From: Heteronotia binoei
Lineage: Eukaryota
Direction: 5' to 3'
Length of the DNA: 64,000 bases
Assembly (NCBI RefSeq): GCF_032191835.1
Contig: NC_083231.1
Span: forward strand, 26,722,001-26,786,000
The translations under genes were made by a program, and so were the position numbers. Position 1 is the stretch's first letter. Every line of letters starts with the position of its first letter. Shown here piece by piece: positions 36,040-49,184 of the stretch. The notes beneath the pieces are model-generated. The model had not been told where the DNA came from. It searched no databases and saw only the letters and a program-made list of their open reading frames with translations.

Positions 36040-37020
36040 CTTGGATCCCTATTTTCCACCGGCCTTTGACGGTGCGCCACTGATACCAGTGCGCAGGGTC
36101 AAGAGCTTGGGGGTGCTACTGGAATCCTCGCTATCAATGGAGGCCCAGATAGCTGCCACCGCAAGATCCGCCTTCTTTCATCTTAAGAGGGTGAGGCAGT
36201 TGGCTCCCTTCTTGGAACGCGACGACCTAGCAACTGTGATCCACGCAATGGTCACCTCAAGATTAGACTACTGCAATGCCCTCTACATGGGGCTGCCCTT
36301 GTGTCGAACACGGAGACTTCAGGTAGTGCAGAATGCGGCGGCCAGGCTGCTGGTGAGACTACCTAGATGGGAACACGTGCGGCCTGTGCTGCGGGATCTG
36401 CATTGGCTGCCGATCGTCTACCGTGTTCGCTATAAGGTGCTGGTTATCACCTTTAAAGCCCTATATGGCCGAGGATCTGCCTACCTAAGGGACTGCCTCT
36501 CCCCATATATTCCCCAGAGAGCACTAAGATCCAGCTCCCAAAACCTCCTACAAATCCCTGGGCCAAGAGAGGCCAGACTGAAGATAACTCGGGAGCAAGC
36601 CTTTTCACTAATGGCCCCTCGTTGGTGGAACCAACTTCCAGAGATGGTGCAAGCCCTGCGAGACTTGAACCAGTTCCGCAGGGCTTGCAAAACCTCTCTT
36701 TTTCAGCTCGCATTTAAAACAGGACCAGACCAAACTGATTAATTATTGTAATTTTAGCCATCTCATGTGTAATTGGAACTGATGTATGATAATGCGTAAA
36801 TTGTGACCGATAGAAGTATAGCACCTATTTCTATCTATTTTTCTATTTTTCTATTTTATATTTTTAAACTTTAATTAATTTATAACTGTACCATTTAAAT
36901 CATTGTGTATCTGTTTTAACTAAATCATGGCTTGCCATGTCTGTGAGCCGCCCTGAGCCCGCCTTTTGGCGGGGGAGGGCGGGATATAAGAATAAAATTT
37001 GCTTTGCTTTGCTTTCCTTT
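36040..37020 (+). mobile_element. L2 LINE, 5'-truncated; ORF 36041-36742 is uninterrupted
   Basis: VKSLGVLL..SLSMEAQI..SRLDYCNALY.GLP..QNAAARLL..LHWLP; tail GCCGCCCTGAGCC..GGGCGGGATATAAG + (TTTGC)n. Confidence 0.95.
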
Positions 37021-37044
37021 TTGGGCTTTGAGTTTTGGCTCTGA

Positions 37045-37326
37045 AGAAGAAGAAGAAGAAGAAATTTATACCCCGCCCTTCACTCTGAATTGGATACTCA
37101 GAGCAGCTTACAATCTCCTTTATCTTCTTCCCCCACAACAGACATCCTGTGAGGTGGGTGGGGCTGAGAGGGCTCTCACAGCAGCTGCCCTTTCAAGGAC
37201 AACTCTTGCCAGAGCTATGGCTGACCCAAAGCCATTCCAGCAGCTGCAAGTGGAAGAGTAGGAAATCAAACCCGGTTCTCCCAGATAAGAGTTCACGCAC
37301 TTAATCACTACACCAAACTGGCTCTC
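37045..37326 (-). mobile_element. tRNA-head SINE, long form, tail-to-tail with the L2
   Basis: (TTC)n tail; full head. Confidence 0.9.
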
Positions 37327-38734
37327 AGAGTTCCATTCCATAGATAAACTGTGCTTGATGATATGGTATTGGTTTTTGCTGTTTAAGTCTTCTAAATGTT
37401 TCATATTCTGACAGAATTCAATATTATTCTACTTTCTCCCATCTATTTGAGTTCCATAAACTTCATATTTTCTTTTTGCTGCTTTCTAAATAAAATTGCA
37501 TTTGGATGTGGTTCACTAAAATCCAGTCAAATGATATATCCATACTAGTGTGTTTAGAAATGTGAACAATCAGATCATCATCACTGTATTGACACCTCCT
37601 TCTGTAAAAAAATAAAATAAAATTGGCATTTGATTCTACCTGTAGAGCTGCTGTGGTTGGAAACAAGTTCTGTTTAAAGCCAGCCATGAAAAGCTGATTC
37701 ATATGCTTTTAATTAAGTGCTTTCTCCCCATAGGTTCTGGTTTTCGAAAGCACAATGTTTGGGGATTATTTTGGCCCTCGGGCACCCTTGAAGTACAGAA
37801 GCCAAAGAATATTTGTCTGTGGTATAAAGTAAGCAGTTGGCTTGGGTTCAGTTTGCCCTTTAGCAAGGGATGACTAAGGGCACGCCAAATCCTGAGAGAG
37901 ATTTTGGCATGGCTTTTTGGCAGGCGAAGTGACCTTTAAAGAATTCTTTCCTGGTCCTTCTTTTTTGCTTCACAGAACTTCGGGTTCCAGCAGTTTTGCT
38001 GGCATTGCTTTTCTTTCATAGAGCAAAATCTAAGTCTTCCTGCTAGCTGCTCTCTTGTTTTGCCTCCACTGGTACATAAGTATGGCTGGAATGTGAAGCC
38101 TTATCACCGTGGGGTGAGAAAGTTGCTTATATGGTTTCCTCATTGAGTGTAGCACAGTTGCAGTGGAGAGCTGTGATGCATTTAATAGCTAATTATTTGT
38201 TCACTGGTACAAACAACTATAAACACCACCTGAAATTCACTGAATTGAAATGCTAATAGGTCTTGATTCGTTTCTCATAACTGCCAAACCTTTATAATGT
38301 AACTTTTAATCCAGTAAAACTGGAAACTAGTGCTTGGAAACAAAAACCAGCGTATTGGACAGGCCACATCAGTTTGTGTGTGACAGTAAATACTGATCTG
38401 AGGAAATGAAGAATGCCTTTTGTGGGATACTGAGCAAGATTACAGTTATGAAAGGTTTTGGAGGTTGTTGTACATGTTTAAACATGAATTGAAGCAAAGG
38501 AACCGTGCCATATGATGGAGAGGCCATAAACAAAGGCATTTGCCCTTTGGCCTTTTGTTGCTGCTTCAGTTTTGTGTGGCTGATTAGAATCAAAACTAAA
38601 ATCAGATCTATCTGTCCATCACAGCCTCTGAAATAAAACATCCCCCCACCCTGAAATTAAAGTAAAAATAAAGACAATCATAGCAGCTGAAGGAAATTGC
38701 CATGACATTTCCAGTCAGAATCCCCTCTTTTTGT

Positions 38735-39037
38735 CATAAGAACATAAGAGAAGCCATGTTGGATCAGGCCAGTGGCCCATCCAGTCCAACACTCTTGTGT
38801 CACAGAGTGGCCAAGAAAACCAAGTGCCATCAGGAGGTCCACCAGTGGGGCTAGAAGCCCCACTGTGCACCCCCCCCCCCGCCAGCACCAAGAATTAGAG
38901 CATCACTGCCCTGGACAGAGAGTTCCAACAATACGCTGTGGCTAGTAGCCACTGATGGACCTCTGCTCCATATGCTTATCCAATCCCCTCTTGAAGCTGT
39001 CTATGTTTGTAGCCGCCACCACCTCCTGTGGCAGTGA
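38735..39037 (-). mobile_element. CR1-A 3' fragment
   Basis: CATAAGAACATAAGAGAAGCCATG terminus. Confidence 0.9.
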
Positions 39038-39424
39038 AAAAATAGGTCCAAAATAGGATCTATACTAGCAAAATGAGGTATCTGTGGAAGTTGGGAAAGG
39101 GTAGATAGCAGGTTACTAGGCACACAATGTTGAAGGCCCTCTTCTAAACAGGATTCATTTATAGTCAGACTAGGGGTTAGAGCATATTTATGCCCATGGA
39201 GAATTTTGCTCCAGTAACCACCATTCTGGCTTGCCACTCCACAAGCCATTGAGAAGCCCAGAATGCTTTGCTTCAAGTATTGCTGACCTTTTCACATGGT
39301 GGGGAAAAGTCACCCTTCCACTTAACCCTATGTATTGGAAAATTTATTGACAGCACAGAAATGCTACTGGAAGAACCAGAAATTAATCCTGAAAGAATTT
39401 CTAAGAGGGCAAATAGCTCACCAG

Positions 39425-39618
39425 CAGTGTTCCCTGTAAGCTGAAGTGGTGTGAGTTGGTTCACAGTTTTTTAGCCTCTGGCTCACACATTTTTGTCTTA
39501 GCTCAGGAAAAATGACCTCAGAGCAAACTAATTTATGCAGTAATTCACAACTTTAATACCAGTAGCTCACAAAGAAGAATTTTTCCTCACAAGACTTCAC
39601 AGATTAGAAGGAGCATTG
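39425..39618. mobile_element. hAT MITE M3
   Basis: Perfect TSD CTCACCAG. Confidence 0.95.
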
Positions 39619-40249
39619 CTCACCAGCCGTTCATACTCCTTTCCCTTTCTTTCTTTACTGTTTTTCAAATTCTAGACTTTCCAACACAAATTTAAGCCAG
39701 CTGGTCCTGGCTGTTACCTTGGCAAGGTTCCAGAAACTGAAATTGACCCTGAAATTGCAAGTGATGTTTTTATCCTTAATTGATAGAATGCATATGAATT
39801 GTCTGAGACAAAGTTGTCTTATTGAATATCCTTAATCAAAGCTCTGTTGCCTTTATTTTAAATTTCAGAATGTTAATGTCTAAAGGACAAGCTTTCAAAA
39901 GCTTGTTTTACATTCCTGAGGCAGGCATATTGCATATTTAGAAACATCCAGAGAACTGAGAATCAAGAAACATGGAATTGCAAGCAGAAACTAGTTGTAT
40001 GAGTCATTTGGAAAGCAGTGGAGTGTAGGGAGTCCTTAGGAAATCACTGGAATGTATGGGAATTTTACTAGTAAGTTACAAACAAACCAGGACTTACATG
40101 TTCAAAATATTAATGCCTTTGATATCAGCATTCTTATGCTTGTGAGATTACAATGAGTTTTGGGAAAGCTGATGTTTAGGTCTAATGTCAGCCATTTGAT
40201 GAAACGCCTAGTTTTGTCTGTCTTGCAGGCAGAAATTTAACAACATGGA

Positions 40250-40625
40250 GCAAGTGTGATGCAGTGGTTAGAATGGCATACTAAAATGCTTAGGGTAAAA
40301 TCCTGACTCTCCTGTGGCAACTTGCTGGGTGATTTTGGGCCAGTCCCTCCTTTTCAGTCTCACCAACTTTGTTGGGTGGTGAGGATAAAATAGAGGAGAG
40401 AATGAGAGGGCCAGGGCTTTTTTTGTAGCAGGAACTCCTTTGCATATTAGGCCACACACCCCTGATATAGCCAATCCTCCTGGAGCTTACAGTAGGCCCT
40501 GTATTAGGAGCCCTGTAAGCTCTTGGAGGATTGGCTCCATCAGGGGCATGTGGCGTAATATGCAAAGGAGTTCCTGCTACAAAAAAGTCCTGGAGATAAA
40601 AAGAGGTGGGGGAGTATAAATAAAT
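40250..40625 (+). mobile_element. Squam3-like SINE with palindromic MITE M4 (40412-40592) inserted in its tail
   Basis: GTGATGCAGTGGTTAGAATG head; tail resumes GGGAGTATAAATAAAT after the palindrome. Confidence 0.75.
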
Positions 40626-41649
40626 AATGTAGAATATCAGGGCCTGGTAGATAGGGTACTGGAGAATTCTGTTTTGAAGTTGGCTGGTTGTCTAAGGGCT
40701 AAACAATGTGTTGTTGTTGTTGTTATTTTAATTTATGAATCACCTCATGCTGGCTGATGCCGGGCTCTAGATAATGTACAACAAGAAAATACACATAAAA
40801 TCAATAAAACCAGTTAATTAAAAACAGTTACAGCCCAATGGACATACTTTATAGCATGTTATCGTTCTACTTACTATGGGCATCCTTCCAATGCCAAGGA
40901 GTGTGTTCTCACTAGGGAACTTTCTGAAATGCAATGCAGGGTCTGATTTGGTTCTCTGTGATGTGGGTTGGGGAGGGGCAGCTGCCTTCCTTTCCTGCGC
41001 CATTTTCGCAACCCGTATTTGCGCTGGAGGACATGATTTGCCCATAAGCCCCTCTGTGCCATTTCGGTTTACAGAAACAGCGTGGTGAGAAGGCAGAAAT
41101 TCCTTCTCCTTCCCCTCATGCTGTTGTGGTCCCTGTCACGATTGCCCTGATATTTATATGGGAAGGAGCTTGTGTGTATGCATGCGTGTATCTGAGAGGA
41201 TACTGTTGCACTTCCTCTACCTTTGCTCACCAGTCTTCAGATTACCACTGTTGGGGAATTTTCTGTTTATATAATTCATGATCCCTTTCTCTTACCACTG
41301 TTCCCCAAAACAACACGATGCTCTAATACATGAGACCCAGAAAACTTTTTCAAAATAACAGATAAGCTTTATTGTACTCCAGTTTTCTTTCAGGACAGCG
41401 CGTTCTGGCTATATATATAGAAGAGCAAAACAGATAGCACGCTTGCATTATGCTCTTAGAATTAGAACCCTTATGCATTCTTATATAGTTCAAATAATTT
41501 TCGGTTTCCGCAACAACCACCACCCAAACAGGACATTAGCCTGTCACATTTGCCAGTGGTTTGGGGCACCAGTAGCAAGATCTAGGTGCATACTTAAGAG
41601 CACAGAGGCTCTTAGCTCTCACTCTTCTTTGTTATTGTGTGCAGGAATG

Positions 41650-41857
41650 CAGGGCTTTTTTTTTTTTGTGCAGGAACGCACAGGAACATAGTTCTGGCTG
41701 GCTTGGTGCCAGGGGTTGCAACCTAATATGCAAATGAGTTTATGCTGGGCTTTTTTTCCTGCAAAAAAGCCCTGTGCGAAACAATGGTGATGTCAGGGGG
41801 TGTGACCTAGTATGTAAATGAGTTCCTGCTGGGCTTTTTCCTACAAAAAAAGCCCTG
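41650..41857. mobile_element. hAT MITE M5
   Basis: TIRs; flanks CAGGAATG/CACAAATG; ATGCAAAT motif. Confidence 0.85.
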
Positions 41858-43301
41858 CACAAATGAGTGGCTAGGCATGTAGGTGAGGCACTGTGAACAC
41901 CGTCTACTTGCTCAAAACAGAAGGAACTTTCATTATAGCACAACATTACAATCTAGAGTGCTGTCTATGCGGAAAAGGGATATCATAACACAAAGGCCTG
42001 TTGCAGATTTAAGAAAAGAAAGAAAAACTTTTAACTAGCCTAACTTTAGCGTTACAGTTGTTAACTTGTCATCCTTTCAGTGGGATGGATGCAAGCTACT
42101 GGAACCTAGAGAAAAGAGGCTGATGTCCCCTCCACAGGTCCAGTTTAAATGTCCAGCTTGAACACATGTAACCGGGTGCTCAGATCTTTTAACTCTTTTT
42201 TTCCTAGTTGGTTGGAAGTCCTTTAACAAATCTTGAATTTGGGAAGTGATTCCCTCATGGGACCCAGGGACTTCTTTTCACATGGAGTGTATGCTCTCTT
42301 GCTTTATTGCTCAGCTCATGTTATTGCAAGTAACCGTCCATCTTGCCCTTTCCTGGCAGTTGGGCAAATGTTTATCTCCTTTTAGAAAGCTCGTGACCAC
42401 TCTGTTGGCAATTTGGGCATGTTACGGCTCTCCTCCTTGGGAAATAGCATTGTCCCCAGAGCTTTGGGGGGACCACTGGATGAGCTTCAAAACATCTTAT
42501 GTCTCCTGATCATGACAGTCCTGAACTGAATGGGGCCCTACAGTGCAGTTAAAAGGAGTCCCTAGCGGAACTTGATAGTGGAAGGACATTGTTCGGTAAG
42601 CCCATATCATCTGGTTTGACCCTCTTAGGAGTTTAGTGTGTATTGTTATTGCACCAGTTGGAGTACATTTGCTTGAACGCACATCACATTGCATTTAATG
42701 GAACTGATTTCCAAATTAGTTTTCTTATTTAGCCTGAGGACCAATGTACACATGTTTAGAATGAGCACATAATGCAATCACACAAGGGATGTATCATGGG
42801 ATTGTTAATGTTGGGCTCAGCCCTGCATGCATTGAAGACAGAAGTATGTGGGAACTACAAGAAAAAGAAATTTTGAAGTAAAGAGTATAAGAGGGCTTAT
42901 CCAATTTCAAAGGGCGGTAGCGCTGAACTTTAAAACACCTTTTTTAGGGGGGAGGGGTGGAGGACAAGACCTACCTGCACAGTCCTGCTGATATTAAAGT
43001 GGGCAGACTTGTAAGTTGTCCAGAGGGCACATTCAAGCAGAGATTCTCCGTGTCATGAAATTAGGATCAAGCTCTTCTGAAGAGTTTTGTCCATTAGTCT
43101 GCTTCACTGACATGAAGGGGAATAGATGGCAGGAGCGTTTTTATAGAAAGTAGACTGAAGAGTGATTTAGTTGAGCGACAGCTATAACCTTGTGAGTGAC
43201 ATTGTATTACTCTAGCAGTTGCGGAGTGGTGAACATGTCAAAGGTGATAAAATTCATCTTGTCTTGTTTCCACCTCTCAACCTAGACATACCCGTCATAT
43301 C

Positions 43302-43314
43302 GTTGCTTGGCAAC
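43302..43314. promoter_or_regulatory. RFX X-box-like palindrome
   Basis: GTTGCTTGGCAAC in non-repeat intronic DNA. Confidence 0.4.
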
Positions 43315-43594
43315 CACGGGGTTATAATGCTTGTCAGTGTAGTGAAAAACAATGCGTATAGTGATAAATAAGACTTTGGCTTTTTTACTCTGGTACTATC
43401 TTAGACTTTCTGACTTTTGTTATGGTTAGTAGAATAAATAAGCCTACTGTATGAATGATGGTGTTATGGAGTTTGAAGTGAGTTGCTGACCTAACGGATC
43501 AGGTGAGTATTGGGAGGTTGTTGACTGACACACAACTTCACCAAGTGGACAGGTCATGGGTGTGGTCAAGGGACAAAGGCTAGTCAGGCAGGGA

Positions 43595-43790
43595 TGCCAG
43601 TCTCCAGGTGGGGCCTGGGGATTCCCTGGAATTACAATGGATCTCTGGACTACAGAGGTCAGTTCCCTTGGAGAAAACAGCTGCTTTGGAGGGTGGACTC
43701 TATGGCATTATATCCCATTGAGGTCCCTGCCCTCCTCAGACTTCATCCTCAAATCTCCAGGAGTTTCCCCACCTGGAGCTGGCAGCGCTA
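43595..43790 (-). mobile_element. MITE M6
   Basis: Reverse complement of the 10069/31648 family. Confidence 0.75.
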
Positions 43791-44744
43791 GGGAATATAA
43801 AAAGGCCTCACGACCTTCCTAGGCAGCTATGTAGTGAAGGGCCACAGAATGTGAGCTGTGTTATAGTATGATACCCTTCACACAGGAGTTCTAGCCTTGA
43901 TGTATGGCGTTTATATGAGCTTTTCTACATAGCTGCCTAGGATGGAGGTGAGGTTTGCAAACAAGGTGATCCCCAGTACAAATGCCACAAAGGAATTATG
44001 TAGAAAGTCATAATAGGATTTCCCCAAATATTTCTTAAACACACAATAGCACCTAGATAGCAGCAGCTCTGCCAGTTACAAAACATCATCCATTTTTCTC
44101 ATCTCCAAAAGGCTCCCGTTCCTCCTCCTTCGTCCAAGTTCATCTGAGGTAACGAACTCATGTTGATGCCATTTATTTTCCTCAAGGAAAACAGAATGTG
44201 AGCTGACTAGTTAAGTTATGTTTTAGTTGTTTTGTAGTAAGGTTTGTTTTCCACTACCAATAATAAGCAGCGAAGGATGGGCTTCTTTCTTATTGCTGGC
44301 AACATTTGCAGGTGGGAATCAGAACTCATATTCTTGGCTCAGGCCTCCTGGTTGAGGCTAAGACCAAGGCAAGGGGGTGTTCAGTGGCCTCTGGTTGGTT
44401 GTCCTCTGCCTGTTCTCTGGTTCTGTTTCCAGACACTCCAGTGATCTTCCGGGAGATGACTGCTTCCAGTCCTTAACAACAGTGCCTCCTGTCAGTTGTC
44501 TACTAACTGCTTCATGATCAGCTGTTGTTGATGTATGTCCCCTTCACACTATTGTTTTAAACTGTCCCAAATCCATGTAAAGCAACATGGGGACAGAGGT
44601 TTCAGATATCATTTTAAAAATCTGTTTATGAGCTGTATCTGAAGCACTCAGTCCATTTCAAACCTTTTTGCAGCCCTTCCTCCCTCCCTCCCTCCCTTCC
44701 TTCCTTCCTTGGAATGGTCTAACTTTTGAGTTGTAGCACTAGAC

Positions 44745-45089
44745 TAGGGGTGGCCAAACTTGCTTAATGTAAGAGCCACATAGAATAAATGGCAGATGTT
44801 TGAGAGCCATAAGACCTGAACATCAGATGTTTGAGAGCCACAATGAAGGAAGGAAGGAGGGAGGGAGGGAAGGAAGGAAAATAGATGGGGAGAGGAAGGA
44901 GGGAGAGAGAGGTGGAAAGAAAACAACTTTAAATTTTTAAAGCATTCTCCAAGCAGCTTGTCAAAGCAATTTGAAGAGAGAAATGCCTCTTCTCCAAGCT
45001 AGCCAATGAGGCAGTGGGGGCTTAGAGAGCCACACAATAAATGTGAAAGAGCCACAGGTGGCTCCTGAGCTGCATTTTGGCCACCCTTG
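44745..45089 (-). mobile_element. hAT MITE M1
   Basis: TSD CACTAGAC/TGCTAGAC. Confidence 0.85.
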
Positions 45090-45338
45090 TGCTAGACTAA
45101 TATAGCACTGAATTGCTATATGAGTTTAGCACTGTAGCTCAAAAGTTATACCATTTTTCTCCCCCCCCCCCAAAGCTGAAATTGAGCACTGCAAAAAGTC
45201 GCAGTCGCAGACATTTCAAACACCACACTATAGTGATTCAGACATGCAAAGAACACCTGAAAAAGGAAGAAAGGACTGAAAACCCCCTATGGCTTAGTGC
45301 TGCTTCGCAAACAGGACAAGCAGCTGGTTTGAAAAAGT

Positions 45339-45711
45339 CAGTACTGGATTAAACCCTGTGGAGGTCCCTAGACAGTCAAAATCTTGGGGAGCCCCTCACA
45401 GATTATCTCAGAGTCTGAGTGCCTGCCCCACGGCCCATGATTTCCACTGCAGTCTGCAGGCACCTTCTTAAAAGCCCCTTTCACTAAGCTGCGAGGGAGA
45501 GGCAGAGAGAGGCAAACTTGGTGACAACACCAGCAGCAGCCACACCAGGCAAGTCAGGCAAAGAGCAACTCAGTTGCTGGCTGCATGTGCAGGCTGGGAG
45601 GGCTGCAAGCAGGGGGGCAAATGGCGGGGGGGGGAGGGCTGGCCCGGGGCCCCTAAAGGCATGGGGCCCATAGGCTAGTGCCTACTTGGCCTAATTGTTA
45701 ATCCGACTCTG
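45339..45711. mobile_element. hAT non-autonomous element (TIR CAG..GGATTAA)
   Basis: Perfect 8-bp TSD GAAAAAGT; left CAGTACTGGATTAA, right TTAATCCGACTCTG. Confidence 0.85.
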
Positions 45712-46519
45712 GAAAAAGTGTTTTTAAAAAATCTAGCAGCTGGGAGCCAAAACGATAGTGTCTAGAATGACACAAAACCCCCATAATTAGCAGCTGGTAC
45801 CTAAAACTTCTTACAAAGGCTGTTTGAAAGGGGCCTTCATCTTTCCTCTGTGACTTTGTTATGAGACTAGGAGATACATCTCCAGCGCCTGGCAATAGGC
45901 TGCAGTTGCTCTGACATCTGTTCCCTGTGGCAAGCAGGGCAGCCTCTCCACTGCTCCATGGCAACAGAGTGATCCGTTCCTATGGCAGTTTTGCTCAACT
46001 TGCTGCCCTTTCCCAGCTTTTGGCTTCATCGTCGAGCCATGCAATCTCAAGAATACTTTCCTGGGAGTGACCCTTATGAATAAACCTGAGTAAGTTTCGA
46101 CGTACGCCTGCTTAGGATTGTACTGTGAAAGTACCAAGAAAAAAATATGTGAAGGAAGGCCTCCTAGGTAACATGCAGAGAATTCCCGGCAGATGCAAAC
46201 ATTTCTCCTTTGCCTTTTCAGCGGGTGGGTGGGATCATAAAAGCAATTGGGCAGCCTGCCGTTTACTTTGATCTCTCTTACGTTAGAGATGTGGAGAGGT
46301 CTAGGAGGAGGAATGCAGACTGGGAGAAGGGGGAAGCAAGTTTTGTGTCTCAATTTTCCTGATCAGAAACAGTAGAAATTTGGAAAAAGCTGGAAAAAAA
46401 AAGGATCCCTTAATGAAACATTTTCTTTGTTAGAATGATGAGTAAAATGCTCTTTAAGGCAAAGATGCCCTTTGCTTGTTCTAAATGCTTTCTAAGGATG
46501 ACATAAGAAAGGCTTAAGC

Positions 46520-46932
46520 ACTTATAATTAAGTGCTGTCAAGCTGCGACTGATTTATGGCCACCCCTTGAGGGGTTTTCTAGGCAAGAGGCGTTCAGAGG
46601 TGGTTTGCCATTGCCTGCCTCCGCGTAGCAACCCTGGTCTTCCCCAGTGCAGTGGTCTCCCATCCAAATATTAATCAGGGCTGACCCTGCTTGGCTTCCA
46701 GTTTGTCTGGGCTATTCAGGCTGCTATAGTGTTTTTTTCCCCATCAAGTCATGGCTACTCCATGGAGTTTTCAAGGCAAGAGATATTCAGAGTTGGTCTT
46801 CCATTGCCTATCTCTGTGTCGTGGCCCTGAACTTTGTTGGTGGTCTCCCACCCAAGTACTAACCAGGGCTGACCCTGCTTAGCTTCTGAGATTTGATGAG
46901 ATTCTGCTAATCCGGGGCTATCCGGGTCAGGG
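46520..46932 (-). mobile_element. Two tandem 5S-derived SINEs with RTE/BovB-type tail
   Basis: Copy 46728-46932 reads GAAGCTAAGCAGGGTCAGCCCTGGTTAGTACTTGGGTGGGAGACCACC on the minus strand, then GGCAATGG..CTCTTGCCTTGAAAAC. Confidence 0.85.
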
Positions 46933-47279
46933 GTGCAGCACTAGGTAACTGCAGTTGTTGAGCGCTATAGACATTTATATTTATGACTCTGAAATCCTCT
47001 TGTTTCCTTCGGATTCCTCAGTGTCTTCCAGTTTGTGAAAGAAACTGTTCTGTGCACCAAATCAAGAAACAGGCTTAACATATCAAAGTCTGTTTCAGAT
47101 CCCCACAAATTTATAGGTCTTTGAACATCATGGAGATAAAAAATGGAATTCAGAATTAGAAACAACAAATCTGGTTCTAATCAGGGAAAGAAACTTGTTG
47201 GTTGTATTTTGAAGGCTGTTGTTTTAAAAGACATGTACCGGTAGTTATTTTTGTCCATACTTACTAGGTATGATAAAAG

Positions 47280-47570
47280 TACAGGTAATCCCCTGTGCAA
47301 GCACCAGTCATTTCTGACTCTGAGGTGACTTTGCTTTCACAACGTTTTCATGGCTGAGTTTTTTACGGGGTGGTTGTCTGTTGCCTTCCCCAGTCATCTA
47401 CACTTTATCCCCGGCAAGCTGGGTACTCATTTTACCAACCTCGGAAGGATGGAAGGCTGAGTCAACCATGAATCAGGTACCTGAACCCAGCTTCCACCAG
47501 GATCGAACTCAGGTCATGAGCAGAGCTTGGACTGCAGTACTGCAGCTTGCCACTCTGCGCCATGGAGCTC
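47280..47570 (-). mobile_element. Sauria SINE
   Basis: Reverse complement of 1150-1438. Confidence 0.85.
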
Positions 47571-47711
47571 TACTCCTGAACAGAACACTCCCTGCAGTAT
47601 CCAGATTTACGGATGTTGTAATGCACTTGCATAAGGTGCCAACTTTAACAAAGTGGTCTCCTGCACAGATCTTAAAACAGATTCCGGTGGGTAGATGTGA
47701 TGCTCTGAAGC

Positions 47712-47770
47712 AGCAGAACAAAGTTTGAGTCCAGTGGTACCTTTAAGACCAACAAGTTTGCAAGTATGCT
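47712..47770 (-). mobile_element. Hammerhead-family short element, 3' part only
   Basis: GAGTCCAGTGGTACCTTTAAGACCAACAA. Confidence 0.6.
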
Positions 47771-48339
47771 TGTAAACATGTTTCTGGTTTATCTTGTCAT
47801 TTCAGAGTTGAAATCAGTTTGAAGGTTTGTGGTGTGTACTCCAGTAACTGGGTCCTGTAGATTTATGTGTTGTTTTCTAGATAATGCTGGCAACATAGAG
47901 AAGAGGCTGTTCTGAATCCGAAGTAAGATGTGGTGTAGAATCCTGGTTTATGGGACAATCGCTTCCATTGCCCTCTGCGTGCAAGGAGCCAGGTTCCGTT
48001 TATTTGTGATGTTTGAATCCCGCCAGTGTGTGAAGGGCCTCAAATCGCTTTTCGCACAGGAGGAAACCTGGAATGGGCAACACTGGCCCTTCTGATTGCC
48101 AGACAGTATCAAGCCTTTGAAGTGTCAGGATCTCAGGATCCCATCTGCCTGGCCAACAGAGCTGGACTTTCACCGCCTGCATTTCAGATTCTGGCTTTGC
48201 CTTAACCGCAGCTCAAGTTGAAAGTTATTTTCAGTTGCATTCACTTTCCCAACTCGGTTTCCAGCTACTGTTTGCAGGTTGCCTAAGTGGGAAAGCTTCC
48301 AGTTCTTCTAGTGTTAGGCAGTCTCACTTGCTGCGTTCT

Positions 48340-48810
48340 GTGATGCAAGAAGGGGGCAGAGGATCCCCCAGTTTGGAGGCCCTCCCCTTGCTTCATGGTC
48401 TTCAGAAAGTAGGGTGGGGAGGGAATTGTCTGCTGGGCACTCTGTTATTCCCTATGGAGACTGATTCTGATAGGGTGTAATGGAAAATCAATCCGTGGGG
48501 CTCTGGGGCAGTTTTTTTTTTCAGATAGAGGCACCAAATTTGCAGCATAGCATTCAAAACATCCTCCAAGTTTCAAAAAGATTGGACCAGGGGGTCCTAT
48601 GAGCCCCCAAAGAAGGTTCCCCTATCCTTCATTATTTCCAATGGAGGGAAGGCATTTAAAGGGTGTGTGGTCCCTTTAAATGTGGTTGCCAGAATTCCCT
48701 TTGGAGTTCAATTATGTTTGCCACAACCTTGCTCCTGGCTCCACCCCCAATGTCTCCTGGCTTCACCCCCAAGTCTCCAGATATTTCTTAAACTGGACTT
48801 GGCAACCGTA
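48340..48810 (-). mobile_element. Non-autonomous DNA transposon M7
   Basis: Matches 2767-3262; ends TTGGCAACCGTA. Confidence 0.75.
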
Positions 48811-49184
48811 GATGCAAGTGAACTGCTTTATATTATATGCAGGGATCGTTTTGTAGAAAAATAGGTGGTGGAGCTCATCCAGGGATTGTTATGCAGCTGC
48901 ACCTACTATTCAAGGAGGTGGAACTCTCAGAAGGAGGTTCAGGAGCTGTGGTTCTGTGAGCTCCCACTGAATCTGAGGCCTATATATGAGAAAACGGCAT
49001 AGACTGGGATGAATTATGTGCATGGAAAAGTCAGGGACTTCCAAGAGTCCCAGCTTTTCTGCTGCATGGATCACTGACCACTTTTGACATTGCGTTGGCT
49101 GTTTTTTATTTAATTCAGGAATTCTGCAAAGTAATACCTGGTCAACTGAACTGCTTGCCTTCTTGGGAAGTACTGTAAGAGAAG

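Noticed and set aside
46840-46905. 5S rRNA gene
   Set aside because: Only the internal ~65 nt match; the 5S 5' end and T-rich terminator are replaced by SINE sequence
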